Source: Octopus sinensis (lineage: Eukaryota). From it: a DNA stretch of 64,000 nt. The position numbers and the translations under genes were made by a program. The notes beneath the pieces are model-generated. The model was not told the origin of the DNA, made no database searches, and worked only from the letters and a program-made list of their open reading frames with translations. Where the stretch lies: positions 75,950,001-76,014,000 of the forward strand of contig NC_043006.1 in assembly GCF_006345805.1 (NCBI RefSeq), written 5' to 3'. This document shows, in pieces, positions 1 to 14,118 of the stretch. Position 1 is the first letter of the stretch. Every line of letters starts with the position of its first letter.

Positions 1-450
1 AATTTTAGCTAAGAATGTTTTTTTATGATCACCAAAGCGAAATAATTGAATATAAGTAATATAACTTCAAATTGTACCTTCAAATCAATTTCCGGAATCC
101 CATCGTGTTTCTGATTAGGAAGATATTTTCCACATGTCTCAGTTAACGTTGCATGAAGTATGTTTTGCAGTTTCAGCTTTTCTCAGATCAACCATTCATA
201 TGTATCTCTAAACATCATGAGAAAAATCAACTGAATGAAAGTGTTTGCATCTTTGAATAGTTGGGTACTCTCTACTGCATATATGTCAGTCTTTTATCGA
301 ATATTTGGAAGATGGTATTAAACTCAAGCATTTATATATCTATATGTATTAAATATTTTCTTGTTCTTATATGTGCTTATATACATATCTATAGAGTAGA
401 AAAAATTCGGAATATTAGAACATATTTTTACATTACGTGGTATTGTCTAA

Positions 451-650
451 GGCGGCGAGCTGGAAGAATCGTTACTGCGCCAGGCAAAGTGCTTAGAGGT
501 ATTTCGCTTGAGAGTTCAAATGTCGTCGAAGTCGACTTTGCTTTTCATCCTCATGGGGTCGATAAAATAAGTATCATTTGAGTACTGGAGTTGATGAAAT
601 CAACATATCCCTCATCCGAATTCGCTGGCCTTGTGCCAAAATTTGAAAAT
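451..650 (+). mobile_element. tRNA-headed SINE, family A' (older, diverged copy)
   Basis: Head GGCGGCGAGCTGG, B-box-like GAGTTCAAAT, body GTCGACTTTGCTTTTCATCC...GGGGTCGATAAAATAAGTA; the same motifs recur many times in the window. Confidence 0.8.
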
Positions 651-872
651 TCTCCGTAGTATTGTCAAATATAGGATCAGTTATGGCTTTGTGGCTGCGG
701 TCTCAATCATGGGGGCTGTGGATTTAATCCCACTGCACAGCAAGTTGGGCAAGTGTCGTTTACCATTACGCCAGAAGACAGGAGAAACAATGACTAGTGA
801 GTAGGCGGAAAATGTATAGAAGCCAAACACAGACACTCACACACATACGCACACATATATATATGTATGTAT

Positions 873-1000
873 TGTAATCCCTCTCCATAACGCGATTCAC
901 GTATCGCGAAGTCAGTACATCACGGATTTTTCTGGCTAATATCCGTAAATTTATATCGTGGACTCCTCAGTATATCAGGGTTTCTGCGGCCGATAGGTAT
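873..1000. mobile_element. Possible end of a pogo/Tigger-like DNA transposon
   Basis: GTAATCCCTCTCCATAACGCGATTCACGTATCGCG resembles Tigger/pogo-type termini (from memory); no partner TIR found. Confidence 0.3.
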
Positions 1001-4000
1001 TTATATTTTTTCAGATTATAATTATTTCATCCTGTCGGTGTTTATAGAAAATTATGAATACAAATCGGGTGAGAGGCGGAATGTAAGAACGTGACTACAA
1101 AGGCTGTGCACTATTTGTTGTGCTCCTTGTAATTTGGGGTCGAATCTCTCCATTGTGTATTTGGGTGGAAGAATTAATTTCCATGGCCTAGTTTAACACC
1201 ATAAAATGGCATCATGGGTAAGTTTAGTGGAGTATAATCTGCTCTGCTGCAACTATTCGAACGAGTGCTCTAGCCTGGGTATACCCCACTCACTCACCAT
1301 TTTTTATGTCGGTAGGAACTCTGTACCTTCTTAACACGAAGGTTCGAACTGAGACGAATTGAACTTGGGTGCAGTTAGCGGATATTTCAATTGTTATTTG
1401 GATACGGAATTAGTTCAATGAATACAGGATATGAAGGAGCCTCTGCGTGGTCACTCGAAATTTAAGAACGAGCCCGCGAGTATATCTCAAATTATATATT
1501 AGTATACGGGGTACCATATTGAATAAAGTAGATAGAATGAATATACCTCAACGAAACTTAGGATGGCGTCACGTGGAATAGATTTGTTGTAGCATGGCTG
1601 ATCTGGATTTTAAAAAAAACAACATCAATCAAGCGGAACCTTGTTTATTGCATTAAATATGTGTCGTTATATATTCGGCCATACTGACAAGCGTATAGAG
1701 GTGAATGCCTTACTGTTTAACACAAGGGATCGGCACTAGAAACAACATTTCACGACGGCATGTATTTAAGCACAAAATGCATTCCAGAATCACATAAAGT
1801 TTATGCAAATTGCATCTGAAAGCTTAAAATGCCTGAAGTGTTGTTAACATAGCAAACAGGTCGGGCTTGTTAACTTTGTGTTTTTGATTCGCCAAATGCT
1901 TCTTACAATATAGCACTCATCTTCATAACACAACAAGAGCTCATCTGGTGCTAAAAACAAAAACCTGGCTCCAGTTCTATAATACCCATTTGTTTTAACC
2001 CACATTGTCAAGCCAGCGGCTTATGTAATGCAAAATGATGACGGAAAATATTCTTAAGATTATATGTTTCTTTACAGTATAAACATAACGAAAGAAGAGA
2101 ACTTAATTTAAAAATAATAATAGATTTAAAAGCACAAATGTTTACCGTTCAATCTTCTGCACCTGACAATAGATTTTAAAAGCCAGACGTAAGGTTTTAG
2201 GAAAGGTCATCAAAGTTCGATAAGATCTATTGCCAAGGAGGTCTTGTTCTTTGTCTGACAGAGAGAAGTGAACTTTTTGCTTAGTCTGTACACAACAAAA
2301 GAAAGACATTGCAGTAAAAAATTCGTACGATGGGGAAAGAGAGAGAGAGAGAGTGAGAGAATATAGTGGTGTGAAAAATCATCCCATCGATTTCTTTTTC
2401 GGTACTAAATGTGTTCTTTCTATTTCCGACAAAAGGGTAAGTTTTGAGCTAATACGAATACTATTTCTAGCATCACAGGCAACCACGCATCGACATCCCG
2501 TTTATTCAGGATAAAAGACAGAATTAGTACAGTACACAAAGGTCATTGAGTTAAAATTTTCTACATAGAGTTACGGATATGCCTTTGTGGTTAAGAAGAT
2601 CGCTTCGCAACTATTACGTTCAGTCTTCCTGTGTGGAATTTGGAGCAAGTATCATCTCCCCCACCAAGACGCTCTAAATTTGAATAACAAGAAAAAAAAC
2701 GAATATTTTTATGTCAACCTTTTCCAAAATAATCTAAATGCGTAAATATTTACAGCAAATCTTTGTGAATAATATTTTAAAACGGAATGGTTGCATTTGA
2801 AATAATTTGATATATTATAAACCAACATATGCAGAAGATAAATGCTTATTTTTTCACGTAAAATGAATAACTCTACGAATTTATTTCCCTTTTCAGTAGG
2901 AAACCATAAGCTTGCTTATTTAATTTCCGAAAATGCTGACTATAAACCATGCTTCAGTTCATTTCATTTTAAATCGTTTCAATTCAATTTCTACAATAAA
3001 TTAGATTAAGACCATGATGTTGCTTGTCTTTCTGAATCAGATAATAAAAGAACACAAAATATTCTGAGTGGTATTCGCTTGGCATGGCAAACGTCTTGAT
3101 TTAAGGCCGAGTTGTGAAACTGAAGCAATTACAGCTCATAAAAAATTAATGAAACAAAGTTTCTTAGTATTTATGAACAAACCAGAATTACTCTATCCCT
3201 TTTCGCTTCTATTTCATTACTGTATTTTCACTTACAAAATCTCAAACAATATTTGTCGCACATCTGCAGCCACGTGTAAACTAAGATTAATTTAACTGAT
3301 CCCTTTGTGTATCACCTTTTGCTTCTGTCAAAGGAAATGTTGACACAGAGAAAACTCAGTTTTGCGATGTTGCTGTCAACGAATTATAACTTAATGTGGG
3401 TATTGAGTGTAATATAATTTCTACAATAAACGTTAGATATCTCAGTATGATACAAACAGAAATTTCAGTATGAGATTTTTTTTGTTTTTTAGGGTGATGA
3501 ACGGCATCGAGTTAGGAATCTCTATACTATGTGGTATATTTGAATTACATTTTCGTTTATTTCGAATCAATGTGCGATAATAAAGCAATTCAAAAGAAAC
3601 ATACACTTTGAACTTGCTCAGTGTTAAGATCAATATTTGCTGATCAGTTTTACTTTTATTACTTTGGAATATCTAGCGAAACCGAAATCGCTTCAGCATT
3701 GATTTCTTTTTCGGGAATAAACGTGTATTCAAATAGTTTATGGGTCAGCAATTGAAGAACACTTCCTTTTACACCTTATTCTTCTTGGACAATTTCCCGA
3801 TCGGTACAGGTTTGGAACGTTATAGCAGAAGGTATTATTTTCAATATCCAATTACAACTTTTTCTTCAGTTTCTCTAGACTAATAGTTTCCTACTCCTCT
3901 CAGAGTCAATCTAACCGTCTCATATAATGTCATAGCATTTTCCCCTCAACAAGAACACTAAGATATATATGTGTGTAATACGCTTTTTAAAATTAGTTTT

Positions 4001-6849
4001 TCTGGTGTAAAATAGACCTCAGCCCCTCTCTCAATACTTTGCACTAATCATGAGTTCAGCAAGTTTCTTGATTGTAATGAAATAAACGAAGCGGATCTGT
4101 ACTGACGTACATTGTAGTGTTAAATATAACATCGTAGAACACGAAAAGAGGCATTGTTTCTTTATGATAAGGTTGTGTATTTAAAATAACATTTTCTATC
4201 ATTAGAACTGTGATTTTTATCACTATCTATGGACGAAAAGTAATAGTTTTTTCTTCTTTATATATCATTAACAGTAAATTTAGATTGTGAAGTTTACTCA
4301 CAACATGCTTGAAAAAAAAAACCGTTTCAAAAGAGAAAAGAGTTTTCAGAAAGGAGTTTCTGAAGCGCTCGTAACTGCATCAGTAAATAAAGATTTTATA
4401 ATAACGCTTTAGTGGCTATTGATATAAATGCATCGTTTGAGCGTATTTAATGAAGGGAACGAGAAATGTATAATGTTCTGTAACGATTATATGCTATTTC
4501 AAAGCTCTGTTAACCCATTTATGTGAGAAATCAGCTTCCGAGTTTTCATGATATTGTTCCGATACTCGGTTGAAATCATTACATTTACGACTCAAATATC
4601 CATAATAAAGATATAAAATTACTTTAATCTCTTACTATCACTTTTAACCCTTGACATCGTACCTAAAATAGAAATCGATTCGGAGGAGATCGTTATAAAA
4701 TCGAATTTTGCGGATCGTGTATAAATGATTCATATTTATAAGCTAGCGCTTTCGGGAGATGGAAAGAAAATATCAAATTGAAATATGAAGGTGCATTATT
4801 AAAGCGAAACATTAAGAAATATATATGCTCTTTTCTAAAATTTGGATAATGAAATCGTATGTGAATAGATTAGCTTTCTTACGATTGATATACAATCAAA
4901 CGAGTTAGAAAATGTAAGAATTGCGCCTTAATATGATTCATCAACAAAAACATGAAAATTAATTGAGGATTATAATTAGATAAATTTGTATAAAAATTCA
5001 AAATCCTAGCTTTAATATGCGCAACTGTAACGCTTTCAAGATCTTAATCAAATTTAAATAAGTACATTTAGACAAACAAGTTTAATGAATAAAGCACATA
5101 ATTAAAAGCAAATAATGCTAAAATTAACAAAGAAGTAAATGAAACTATCCATATTGATTAATAATATAATTGATAAATTAAAACGACTTTATCCTTCGTA
5201 TTTAATCACTTATTTAAGCAAGCCTATCATACATTCACATTCTTCAACGTAAATTATACATGCAAAAATGTTCGTTTTATTTCATTTAGAAAATTTAACC
5301 ATATCAGTACTTTCCTCTTCCTCCACTTCCATCACACCCAACTCTTTACATGTAAAGATGTTTGAATAATGTGATTCAATGTGCAAATGTCATTTCTTTT
5401 ATCAATTGTAACCAAACGAATACTGAACCAGAAGAATGCCAACCAAACAAAATATGCTGGTTTCTCTCTCTCTCTATCTCCTTCTATCTATCCCTCTCTA
5501 TTTTTCTCTCTCTCTCACACACTCTATCCTGCTCTGTTCTTCTCTCTCTACACATATTTTATATGTGTATGTATATGTGTTTGCACATACCTATGATCAT
5601 GCATACACAGACAAGCAACGAAACATACATACACTCAAGAAGGTATCATATAATTTATTTTTTATATATGTGAGTTGAATATAATCGCCAAAGATATCTA
5701 ATTAAATCACATGCTCTTTACAAACTCTACAATAAATATATCATTTGTACAGTCTTGTCAGATCATTTTCAATTTTCCTATAAGAGAATTTGTAAACGTC
5801 AGCTAAAAGGATACGACGTACACCCATTGTATGAATCCCGAATAAACACTGCCAAGCTTAACTTAGGGTTATGAAAATCGAAATATATTAAAACGAATTT
5901 ATATAACTATTATTTGTGGATATTTTCAAAATATAATTCATAATATTAAAATTCTCTTGGGATATATTTTATTCGTTTCATATATTTATGTTTTATATCA
6001 TCATATTTTTTTGAATAAGAAGACATAAATGTATATATAAAATACTCGGTGATTTTGGCTTTTTTCCTTGAATGCTTTTAATGTTTTGGCAACGATTCCA
6101 AATATTATACTGAGAATCAACATAAAATGGTTATTTTCGAATTTATTATATCGAAAGGTCGCTGCTTTAGCTGTACACTGTAAATTTAGTAGCTTGTAAT
6201 TTTAACTACACTTTAGAAATACATCGAGCATGAGTTCGAACACAAACTATTTTCTGATTCATTTGTTTTGTTTTTTCACTTCTTTAACGTCAGCGAATTG
6301 CATCATAATACCATGTAGTAAAGGTTGAGTTTAAGTTCAAGGTTTTTTTTTCCACACTCAACCTTTAGAAAGTAAAATGTCATGCTCTTGTTTTTCTTTA
6401 TAAAATCAATTAAGTCGTCCGACGCCAATGTTTAAAATCTAGGTCGTTTTTATATGGCGTTTATCCATTTTTTCCAGCAATGTGTGAAGCGAAATGATTT
6501 TCCCTTTGTTTTTTCACCATTGATTCGACGAACGGCCTTTTGTTACTTACTTAAAGAGTGGTACATATTTACCATGAAATTTCACCGAAGAATACAAAGA
6601 TAGCTTCATGCTGTCCTCCTTAGGGTGTATAATTTGTTTCCTTTTACCGAAGCGTGCTATGAGCCCTGTAAATATGGAAACGGAACGCACATTGCAAGTT
6701 ATCCCATCAAACATTCTGACAATTTGCTGTTATACACATCATTCTCATAGGTGCTTCATCTTCTCCGATAAGTTTCTGACATAGTACCATTTAAAAAATG
6801 CTCGAAATTTGAGAAATTTAGTAGAATTAAAGGATCTTTTCAGTTTGAG

Positions 6850-7072
6850 CGGCAGTTTTTTCTAGCGGTGTCATATGAAATTGTCACCCATAATTATGAC
6901 CTTAGTATCGATCTATTGCATTTCAATCTATTTTAGGGTTAGGGTTAGGGGTGGGTGGAGGATATCTTTCTTCTTCACAAATGTAAATAAACCCAATCTG
7001 TTTCTTAAACGAAGGACATATTCATACGGCACAGAATGTTGTTTACCTCAATGGACGTCAGTGATTGGTTGA
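6850..7072. repeat. Fragment of an unclassified interspersed repeat containing (TTAGGG)3
   Basis: TTAGGG x3 at 6933-6950 followed by GTGGG, embedded in non-telomeric sequence. Confidence 0.4.
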
Positions 7073-7410
7073 ATTTATCGACCCCGAAAGGATGAAACGC
7101 AAAGTCAACCACGGCAGATTTTGAAATCAGAACGTAAAGACAACGAAATTTCGATTGGATAAGCATTTTGACTGTCGTTACTTATTTCTTTACAGGCAAC
7201 AGGGAATTAAACATAGAGGGGACAGACAAGGACAGACAAAGAGATTAAGTCGATTACATCGACTCCAGTAGGCAACTGGTACTTAATTTATCGACCCCGA
7301 AAGGATGAAAGGCAAAGTCAACCTCGGCGGAATTTGAACTCAGAACGGAATGGCAGACGAAATACCGCCAAGCATTTCCCCCGGCGTTCTAACGTTTCTG
7401 CTAGCTCGCC
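7073..7410 (-). mobile_element. SINE family A (7183-7410) abutting an older A' fragment (7073-7180)
   Basis: Reverse complement of the A head (CTAGCTCGCC at 7401-7410) and tail (TATTTCTTT at 7183); a second, more diverged body lies immediately downstream. Confidence 0.85.
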
Positions 7411-7749
7411 GAGTTAACGTATCTACGGATATTGTTTAAAGTATTAGGGGTTGCTTGTGTTAGAAGCAAACTGCTGAAACTATAGATTATTTTACGAGAA
7501 GTTACGAGTTTATGTCGTGAAACGACGTCATTAAGTGCTGGAGGTATAGTTCTACTACGTTTTGGTGCCCGGTTTGGTCTGGACCTACAGTTGAATAGGA
7601 ACGGGTACGAGGTTAAGAGTAAAGAAGGCAATATTTCCCAGAAATTGTCTGAGAAAAAGAGATGGACGGTTGAGAACAATAACAAATAGATTTGTCGCAT
7701 TTGTATATATTTCTTCCTGTTCGTCTTACTTTGCTCTGATTTTTATTTG

Positions 7750-8600
7750 GTCAAAATGGATCGTCTGATATTTTGTTTTATGTGGAAGCGACGCAACCTC
7801 AGGATAATGAGAGCCATCCGCTGTCGATATCCACTGTGCGTAAGCAGACATGCGCCGAGGATGCAGCATCTAAAATGTTCTTACACTGTGAACAGGCGTA
7901 GTCACCCTTTATGAGATATAATTTTTCTCAGTCAATTTCCTTGACGGAGCTTCAGTCCTGTGTCAGGCAAAGACGATGCTGGGTACGTGGTATCTCATAT
8001 ATTGTCAGGAACGTATAACATTTCATCGTGGTTGGCGTAAATTCTAGTTCGGAGTTCTATAGAAGAATACGAATGAAAAAAACATTGACGTTCTCGAGTA
8101 AAAGCTATGTGTCAACATGAATCGAATATATAATCTATTCGGGAGGGTTTTCGGCTCGAGGACGATGTACAACTTCTAGAAATCTCTGCGCTGGCTGAGC
8201 TACTAGGGAGTAATGCCTGCTCGAGACAAACGGGCTTTGTGATCCGAGACTGATGTCGGCGCCATTTTCATATGATAAACGTTGTCCATATTGTTCGTGG
8301 AGCAGAGATCCAAAATGTTATTCGCCCTAGTTGGTCTGATTACGACTTGCTCCATTGTTGAGGTTGAGCAGGGACTCCACCTGTGCTTGACGTTGGGGAA
8401 GTTGAAATCACCTATAAGAAATACGAGGCAAATGGGCCTTTCAGTGATGCACACAAATTCGAACTTGTTTTGCGAGAAACGTTCACTTCCCGACAATTGA
8501 GACTTGTCGAAATGTTGTTGTTGCGAATAGGAAAGATTCATCTTTGAGCAAGTCTATCATGAAAATTGCTCCACCGACTTCCTTTGTCAGGGAAATGAAG
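7750..8600 (-). mobile_element. Decayed CR1/L2-group LINE, APE endonuclease region
   Basis: ORF 8203-8541(-) reads LIGDFNFPNV..W...QVVIRPTRANNILDLCSTNN...SDH, the GDFN / LDL / SDH motifs of LINE APE endonucleases; the flanks are broken by stops. Confidence 0.8.
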
Positions 8601-9289
8601 GCAGATCTTTCCTCTGTCCAGATACTATTTAATAGTAGTTGGAGGAACGGCAGCAGTATTAGTAGTAGTAGAATTACAGAAGAATGTCGGATTCCTTGAA
8701 GCATTTATTTCTGTTATATTTACTGCTAAATATAACATACGTTTATAAAGCTAAGCATATAAAACCATTTGTAGCTATATAGCATCGGGTAATATACGAT
8801 CAATTCTTTCTTTGTTAAAATACAAATCAAATATTTCAACGGAAGACAAAATATTGTACACTGACTTAACTGAAAGCTACATCTATATTAAATTAACGTT
8901 AGCAATATGACATACTAAATATTGTCTATATTCTGGCCAAATCTCATCTTTTAGATTAATGTACCGACGCACACACACACACACACCACACACACACACA
9001 CACTAACGTAGATAGCAGAGTGAAATTGCAGCGTGAACTGGAGTTTTTACCTTAATTCTTCTAGGGGCTTAAGATGAAAAGGAGAAAGAAAAAGGGAAAA
9101 ACAACACAGCTTTCAATTCTTTATGTTTGGGTATTTAACTGCAGCGATAGGAAACAGAAAGCAACGTGAGATTGCGTACGTAGACATGAAGTCGTAGGAA
9201 AGAGAAACTAGATGAGATATGAAGTAGGTAAGATAAATGAAGAGAGTTTGTAAAGCTGTGGTGGTGGGGAAAACGTAAGTGGAAGTGAG

Positions 9290-10400
9290 ACGAAGGATGA
9301 AATCGGATTACTGAACTGAGAGAAAGTTCATTTAACCCCGTCGGCAACACTCTTACGAGTTTCAGCATGATACGTTGCTCATTATATTTTCCTGTGTGAA
9401 AAAAAATGTGCAGAGCTGCTGCGCAACGATAAATGTGTAATGGAACGACCTGTTGTGTTGAAGTGAGAGGCGACGTGTTTGTCTGGCATAGGGAGTAAAG
9501 CGTTTCGAATGTATTCGAGAAAGCGATCAGTAAAGAGATTGGCAAAGGGCCTTTTTTTTCCATGCAGCAAGCGCCGCAACTTTTATAGATGATGAAATAT
9601 TTGATGTTGGAAGATGTGAAACTGAAGTTTTGGGTGTTGTGGTATTGTGACTTTGGCCCAGTGGTGGTAATCGGGAATTTAATGCAGAGGCATGTGTTAC
9701 ATCATCGGTAAGCGCAATTAGAACCCTGGTGGTTTTAGACTAGGTGCTGGCCTAACATTTAACTGGGAAGATGCAACGATTCATATCTTTCTTCAAGTGA
9801 AGAGAGGCAGTGCAAGGAATATCAGAACGGTTGCGGAGACAGAATAAGATTTGGAATTCAAGAATGAGTGTGTGTTTCAATGGAAAACCGTTCAGGTGGA
9901 AGGTGAGAGTATGTGGAATCCAGTCTGTAGGTGAGTGTAGAGAGGATAAGTGAGAAATGGCTCAGTAGCTGGCCTAACAACAGTGCAGCGTCATTAATCG
10001 ATCGAGGAAAAAAATTGGTTGAGGAAGAAATATTTTATTCTCTTACTTTGACATTCTGAATCCGAATCGATGCTGCAGAATCAGTGAAGTCGAAGATATT
10101 GAAATACTGGTATGGCAGGTTTAGCGTTGTAGGTGTAAGCGGAAAAGATGTAGAGATTGGAATCAGAACCTGCAGGCTTGACGTAAACGGGCGTGGACAT
10201 GTAATTATTGTTTATAGTGAGATGACAAGAAAACGAACTGTGGTATCGAATACGGAAAAGGTAAATTCCAAGGCTGTGGGAAAAGAGTAAGTAAAATTTA
10301 TGAATCTATGAAGATGTAATCTGCTGAGGGCGGTATCACCAACACCGTCGTCAATATAGAGACTGAGCAGGTGTGAAGTGGGTTCCAGTTACATGTAGAA
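9290..10400 (-). mobile_element. Decayed Penelope-like element (RT C-terminal half plus GIY-YIG endonuclease)
   Basis: Frameshifted minus-strand translation gives YIDD (10347-10358), LEFTFSVFDTTVRFL, VYVKPAGSDSNL, AIPVFQYLRL, then DRFLEY..HVASHFNTTGRSITHL and LPTGLNE, a PLE RT/thumb/GIY-YIG motif series. Confidence 0.8.
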
Positions 10401-10654
10401 ATAAATACGTGCACGGATATGTATGTATATGTGTATTTGCGTGTCTCTATGTATGAGTTCACATCACATGAAAAGAGTATAAGTTTAATTGCCTCCCAGT
10501 AACGTAAGCATTTGGCAGAAGAAAACGACGGAAAGAGAAAGTTTAAAAAAATAATTTTTAGATTTGCTTTTACAACAAGAAATTTCAAGCGATGTGCCGT
10601 AACTTGTCCACAATTAAATGATTTCAAGCAAGAAGTATAAATACACATAATGCA

Positions 10655-10739
10655 TAATATAATATAATATAATATAATATAATATAATATAATATAATAT
10701 AATATGATATAATATAATATATATAATATAATATATATA

Positions 10740-10783
<44 letters not shown>

Positions 10784-10816
10784 CTGAAGCTTTTTTACAG
10801 AAAAAATTTCATCAAA

Positions 10817-10856
<40 letters not shown>

Positions 10857-10860
10857 CGTA
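10655..10860. repeat. (ATATA)n/(TA)n microsatellites
   Basis: Directly visible simple repeats. Confidence 0.95.
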
Positions 10861-11559
10861 CGTATATGTGTAGGTATATGCAAATATGCAAACACACGAA
10901 TGGGTTTTTGATAGATTAGACAACATTAATATCCAGTGTCTAATCATTCTCTACAATAATGTATGAGCATCCAAAGAATAATCTTTACAGTAATGTTTTA
11001 TCATTGTAGTCAAACTAAAGTGTCTTGATATTAATGTTCCCGATTTGTCAGAACGATGTTTACAGCCTTTTGTTATTCTTTTTTTCCGAGCGAGTGTGGA
11101 ATAATATTAATGATCATCTATGGAATACTATAGGAACTAAAATATAAATAATTTCTTCAGTAATTATGTGATTAATGACCAATTTTTGTTTGACTAGTAA
11201 CATAGTAATTTATTTTTTTAACTTTTGCTTTCGCAATGGAATCAATATTGATTTTCTGATTTTATTTCCATCAATGTTTCAAGCCAGATTTGATTTTTTT
11301 TCTTTAAAAAAGAGATTGAGATTGCTAGAGAGAAAGCGAGAGGGCAGTAACTATGATCTTTGCTGGACTCATGCAAATTGATACAGAAATATAATATATA
11401 AATATATAAAAAAATATATATGTATATGTGTGTGTATATGTACGTATGTATATATATATATACATATAAAATATTATTAGAGACAAAACCACTATTTTGC
11501 AAAACAAACAAGGAAAGACTTAATCAATACATAAAATTTTAATAAATAGTCAAAAAAAC

Positions 11560-13000
11560 CGCCACTACAATTGTTTCTTGTCTTGATCGACAATCTTCAG
11601 GTGGACTTCCAATCTAAAATATCAATATTTTAAAATATAAAAATAATAATTTTAAAATAATTAAAGTATGAATGAAAAAATATAAATATATAATCCATAT
11701 ATAACCTATATAAATCCATATATAATCAATATATAAACAATATATAAACTAAAATAAACCTATCAACAATTAAATATAAAATATAAAATATAAAATATAA
11801 AATATAAAACAAAACAAAAAATAATAATAATAATATAATAATAAACTATATATACACCCATACACATATACCTAATTATATATAACCATATCTAACTACA
11901 TACACTAAATCACACACCTATATATATATCCCTATACATACACATAAAAACGTCTAGGCAACTATAAATAAATAAAATAGCTAAATACTTCAACACAATA
12001 CTTATTCATACTCCCACACACACACACATACAACCCACATTCACGCTCTAGAAAACGGACATCACTTAAAATTATGAACGGAGAAATGGAATAAATGGAA
12101 TAAAAATTATATTCACTGGTAAAACGAACACTACTTAACAATTATGAATGAAACAATGCAATAAAACAACAGACATCGCAAATAGACACAGATTACTACG
12201 AATTCCTTAACAAACCTACCATGATAAACCAAAACTCATAAAAACATATAATGATAAAATCTCCCTTTACTAAACTCTATAACATACCTATATAGCAATC
12301 CCCCTAACCTAAACATTCACACACAAATACACACACGTAAACCACACACCCACGACATATACAAATACCCACACCACTTACACATACCTATACATACATA
12401 TAAACCTCAACATATACTCCAAAAACCCACTCAACCCCACACAGACAAATAAACACAAAAATTATGAATGGATTCTTTTATAAAACTACCATGATAAGCT
12501 AAAACTCACAAAACATAAATAATAAAACCTCCCTTTACTAAACACTATAACATACTTATATAGCAATCCCTTTAACCTATACATTCACACACAAATACAC
12601 ACACGTAAACCACACACCCATAACAAATACAAACACCCACCCCACTCACACACACCCACAAGTACATATACGCCTCAACATATACACCAAACAAAATTAC
12701 TTTACCAAGGAACTTAACATATGTATAAAAAGTATAACCGCTCTGGAAACGAACATCTTTTAAAATAATGAATGGAGAAATGGAATAAATGGAATTAAAA
12801 ATAATATTCACGTGGCAAAACGAACACCACTCAAGATTATGAATGAAACAATGTAATAAAACAACCAACATCGAAAATAGACAAATTACCACGAATTCCC
12901 TAAAAAAAACCATGATAAACCAAAACTCTTAAAAACATATAACGATAAAATCTCACTTTGCTAAACTCTATAACAAACCTATATACATATATAATATATA
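11560..13000. repeat. G-depleted region with nested degenerate direct duplications
   Basis: ACCATGATAA(A/G)C(C/T)AAAACTC at ~12218, ~12488 and ~12910; CTCT(A/G)GAAA...ACATC at ~12046 and ~12742. Confidence 0.7.
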
Positions 13001-13043
13001 TATATATATATTATATACACATACATATATATACAAATATATT

Positions 13044-13079
<36 letters not shown>

Positions 13080-13082
13080 CAT

Positions 13083-13130
<48 letters not shown>

Positions 13131-13153
13131 ATATATATATATATATTATATAT

Positions 13154-13204
<51 letters not shown>

Positions 13205-13211
<7 letters not shown>

Positions 13212-13690
13212 TGTGTGTTTGGCAGTAAGTTCTATAAAGTGTATTTATAGAGAGTAAAAATTGTGAAAATTGATTAATCAGGTTATGAAGGGTAGACACA
13301 TTGTGGATAACAGGAAGAAAGAAAGGTGATTGAGGCGAACAGATTTCTTGTTTTGTAAATAGAGTATTACAACCAGTTGTAGTAAGCATGGCATGTTTTC
13401 AAGCACATTGACTAGGAGAGATTGATAAAATTGATATTCAGTTAGAATGTTTACTTAAGAGCATCACGCAAATAGGAACATGGGCTAGGATTGAAACCCG
13501 GAGAGGATCAAGTGTAGACATGAAATATTTAGTTAAATGTATAGATTTAGTTGCGGGAAATGAAGGACAGTAACGTTAGTAAGAGCAACTTAAATGTCTG
13601 TGACGAGTTATCCTTGAGGGCTGTCGTAGGAAGAGCTGGTTTAGGGATCCATAAGTCGTTCAAGAAGTGAGGGAAGTAGGTGTAAGTGAG
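13205..13690 (-). mobile_element. Possible decayed retroelement fragment (PLE N-terminal-like)
   Basis: C-poor plus strand like the other minus-strand PLE remnants; only weak GFNPS-type similarity from memory. Confidence 0.25.
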
Positions 13691-13694
13691 GGAA

Positions 13695-13855
13695 GCGTGG
13701 GAGTTGATGTGTGGTAAGTAGCTTACTTACGAACAACATGGTTCCGGGTTTAGTCCTAGTACGTTGCACCTTCGGCAAGTGCCTTCTACAATAGCCTCGG
13801 GCCGACCAAAGCGTTGTGAGTCGATTTGGTAGAGGGAAACTGAAAGAAGCCCGTC

Positions 13856-13913
<58 letters not shown>

Positions 13914-14118
13914 GTGTCTGTGTTTGTCCCCCCAACATCGCTTGACAACCGATGGTGGTGTGTTTACGTCACCGTAAATTAGCGGTTCGACAAAAGAGAC
14001 TAATAGAATAAGTACTAGGCTTACAAAAAATAAGCCCTCGGGTCGATTTGCTCGACTAAAGGTAGTGCTCCAGCATGGCCACACTACATGACTGAAACAA
14101 GTGAAATAGTAAGAGCAA
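13695..14118 (+). mobile_element. SINE family B (tRNA head, internal (TA)n/(TG)n, ...GAAACAAGTAAAAGA tail)
   Basis: TGTGTGGTAAG head, GGTTCCGGGTTTAGTCC B-box, CTTCGGCAAGTG, GAAACTGAAAGAAGCCCGTCG, CCAGCATGGCC tail. Confidence 0.9.

Noticed and set aside
78-230. Minus-strand exon-like stretch ending HDGIPEIDLK|GTAC
   Set aside because: All three frames after the good acceptor contain stops; no recognisable protein.
1800-2045. Octamer ATGCAAAT and bZIP-like TTATGTAA words suggesting an enhancer
   Set aside because: Short AT-rich motifs occur by chance; no conservation data available.
6933-6950. Telomere or chromosome-fusion relic
   Set aside because: Only three units, embedded in an interspersed repeat fragment.
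11560-13000. Mitochondrial insertion (NUMT), suggested by G-poor strand bias
   Set aside because: No mitochondrial gene, tRNA or rRNA motif recognised; contains CA/TA microsatellites.
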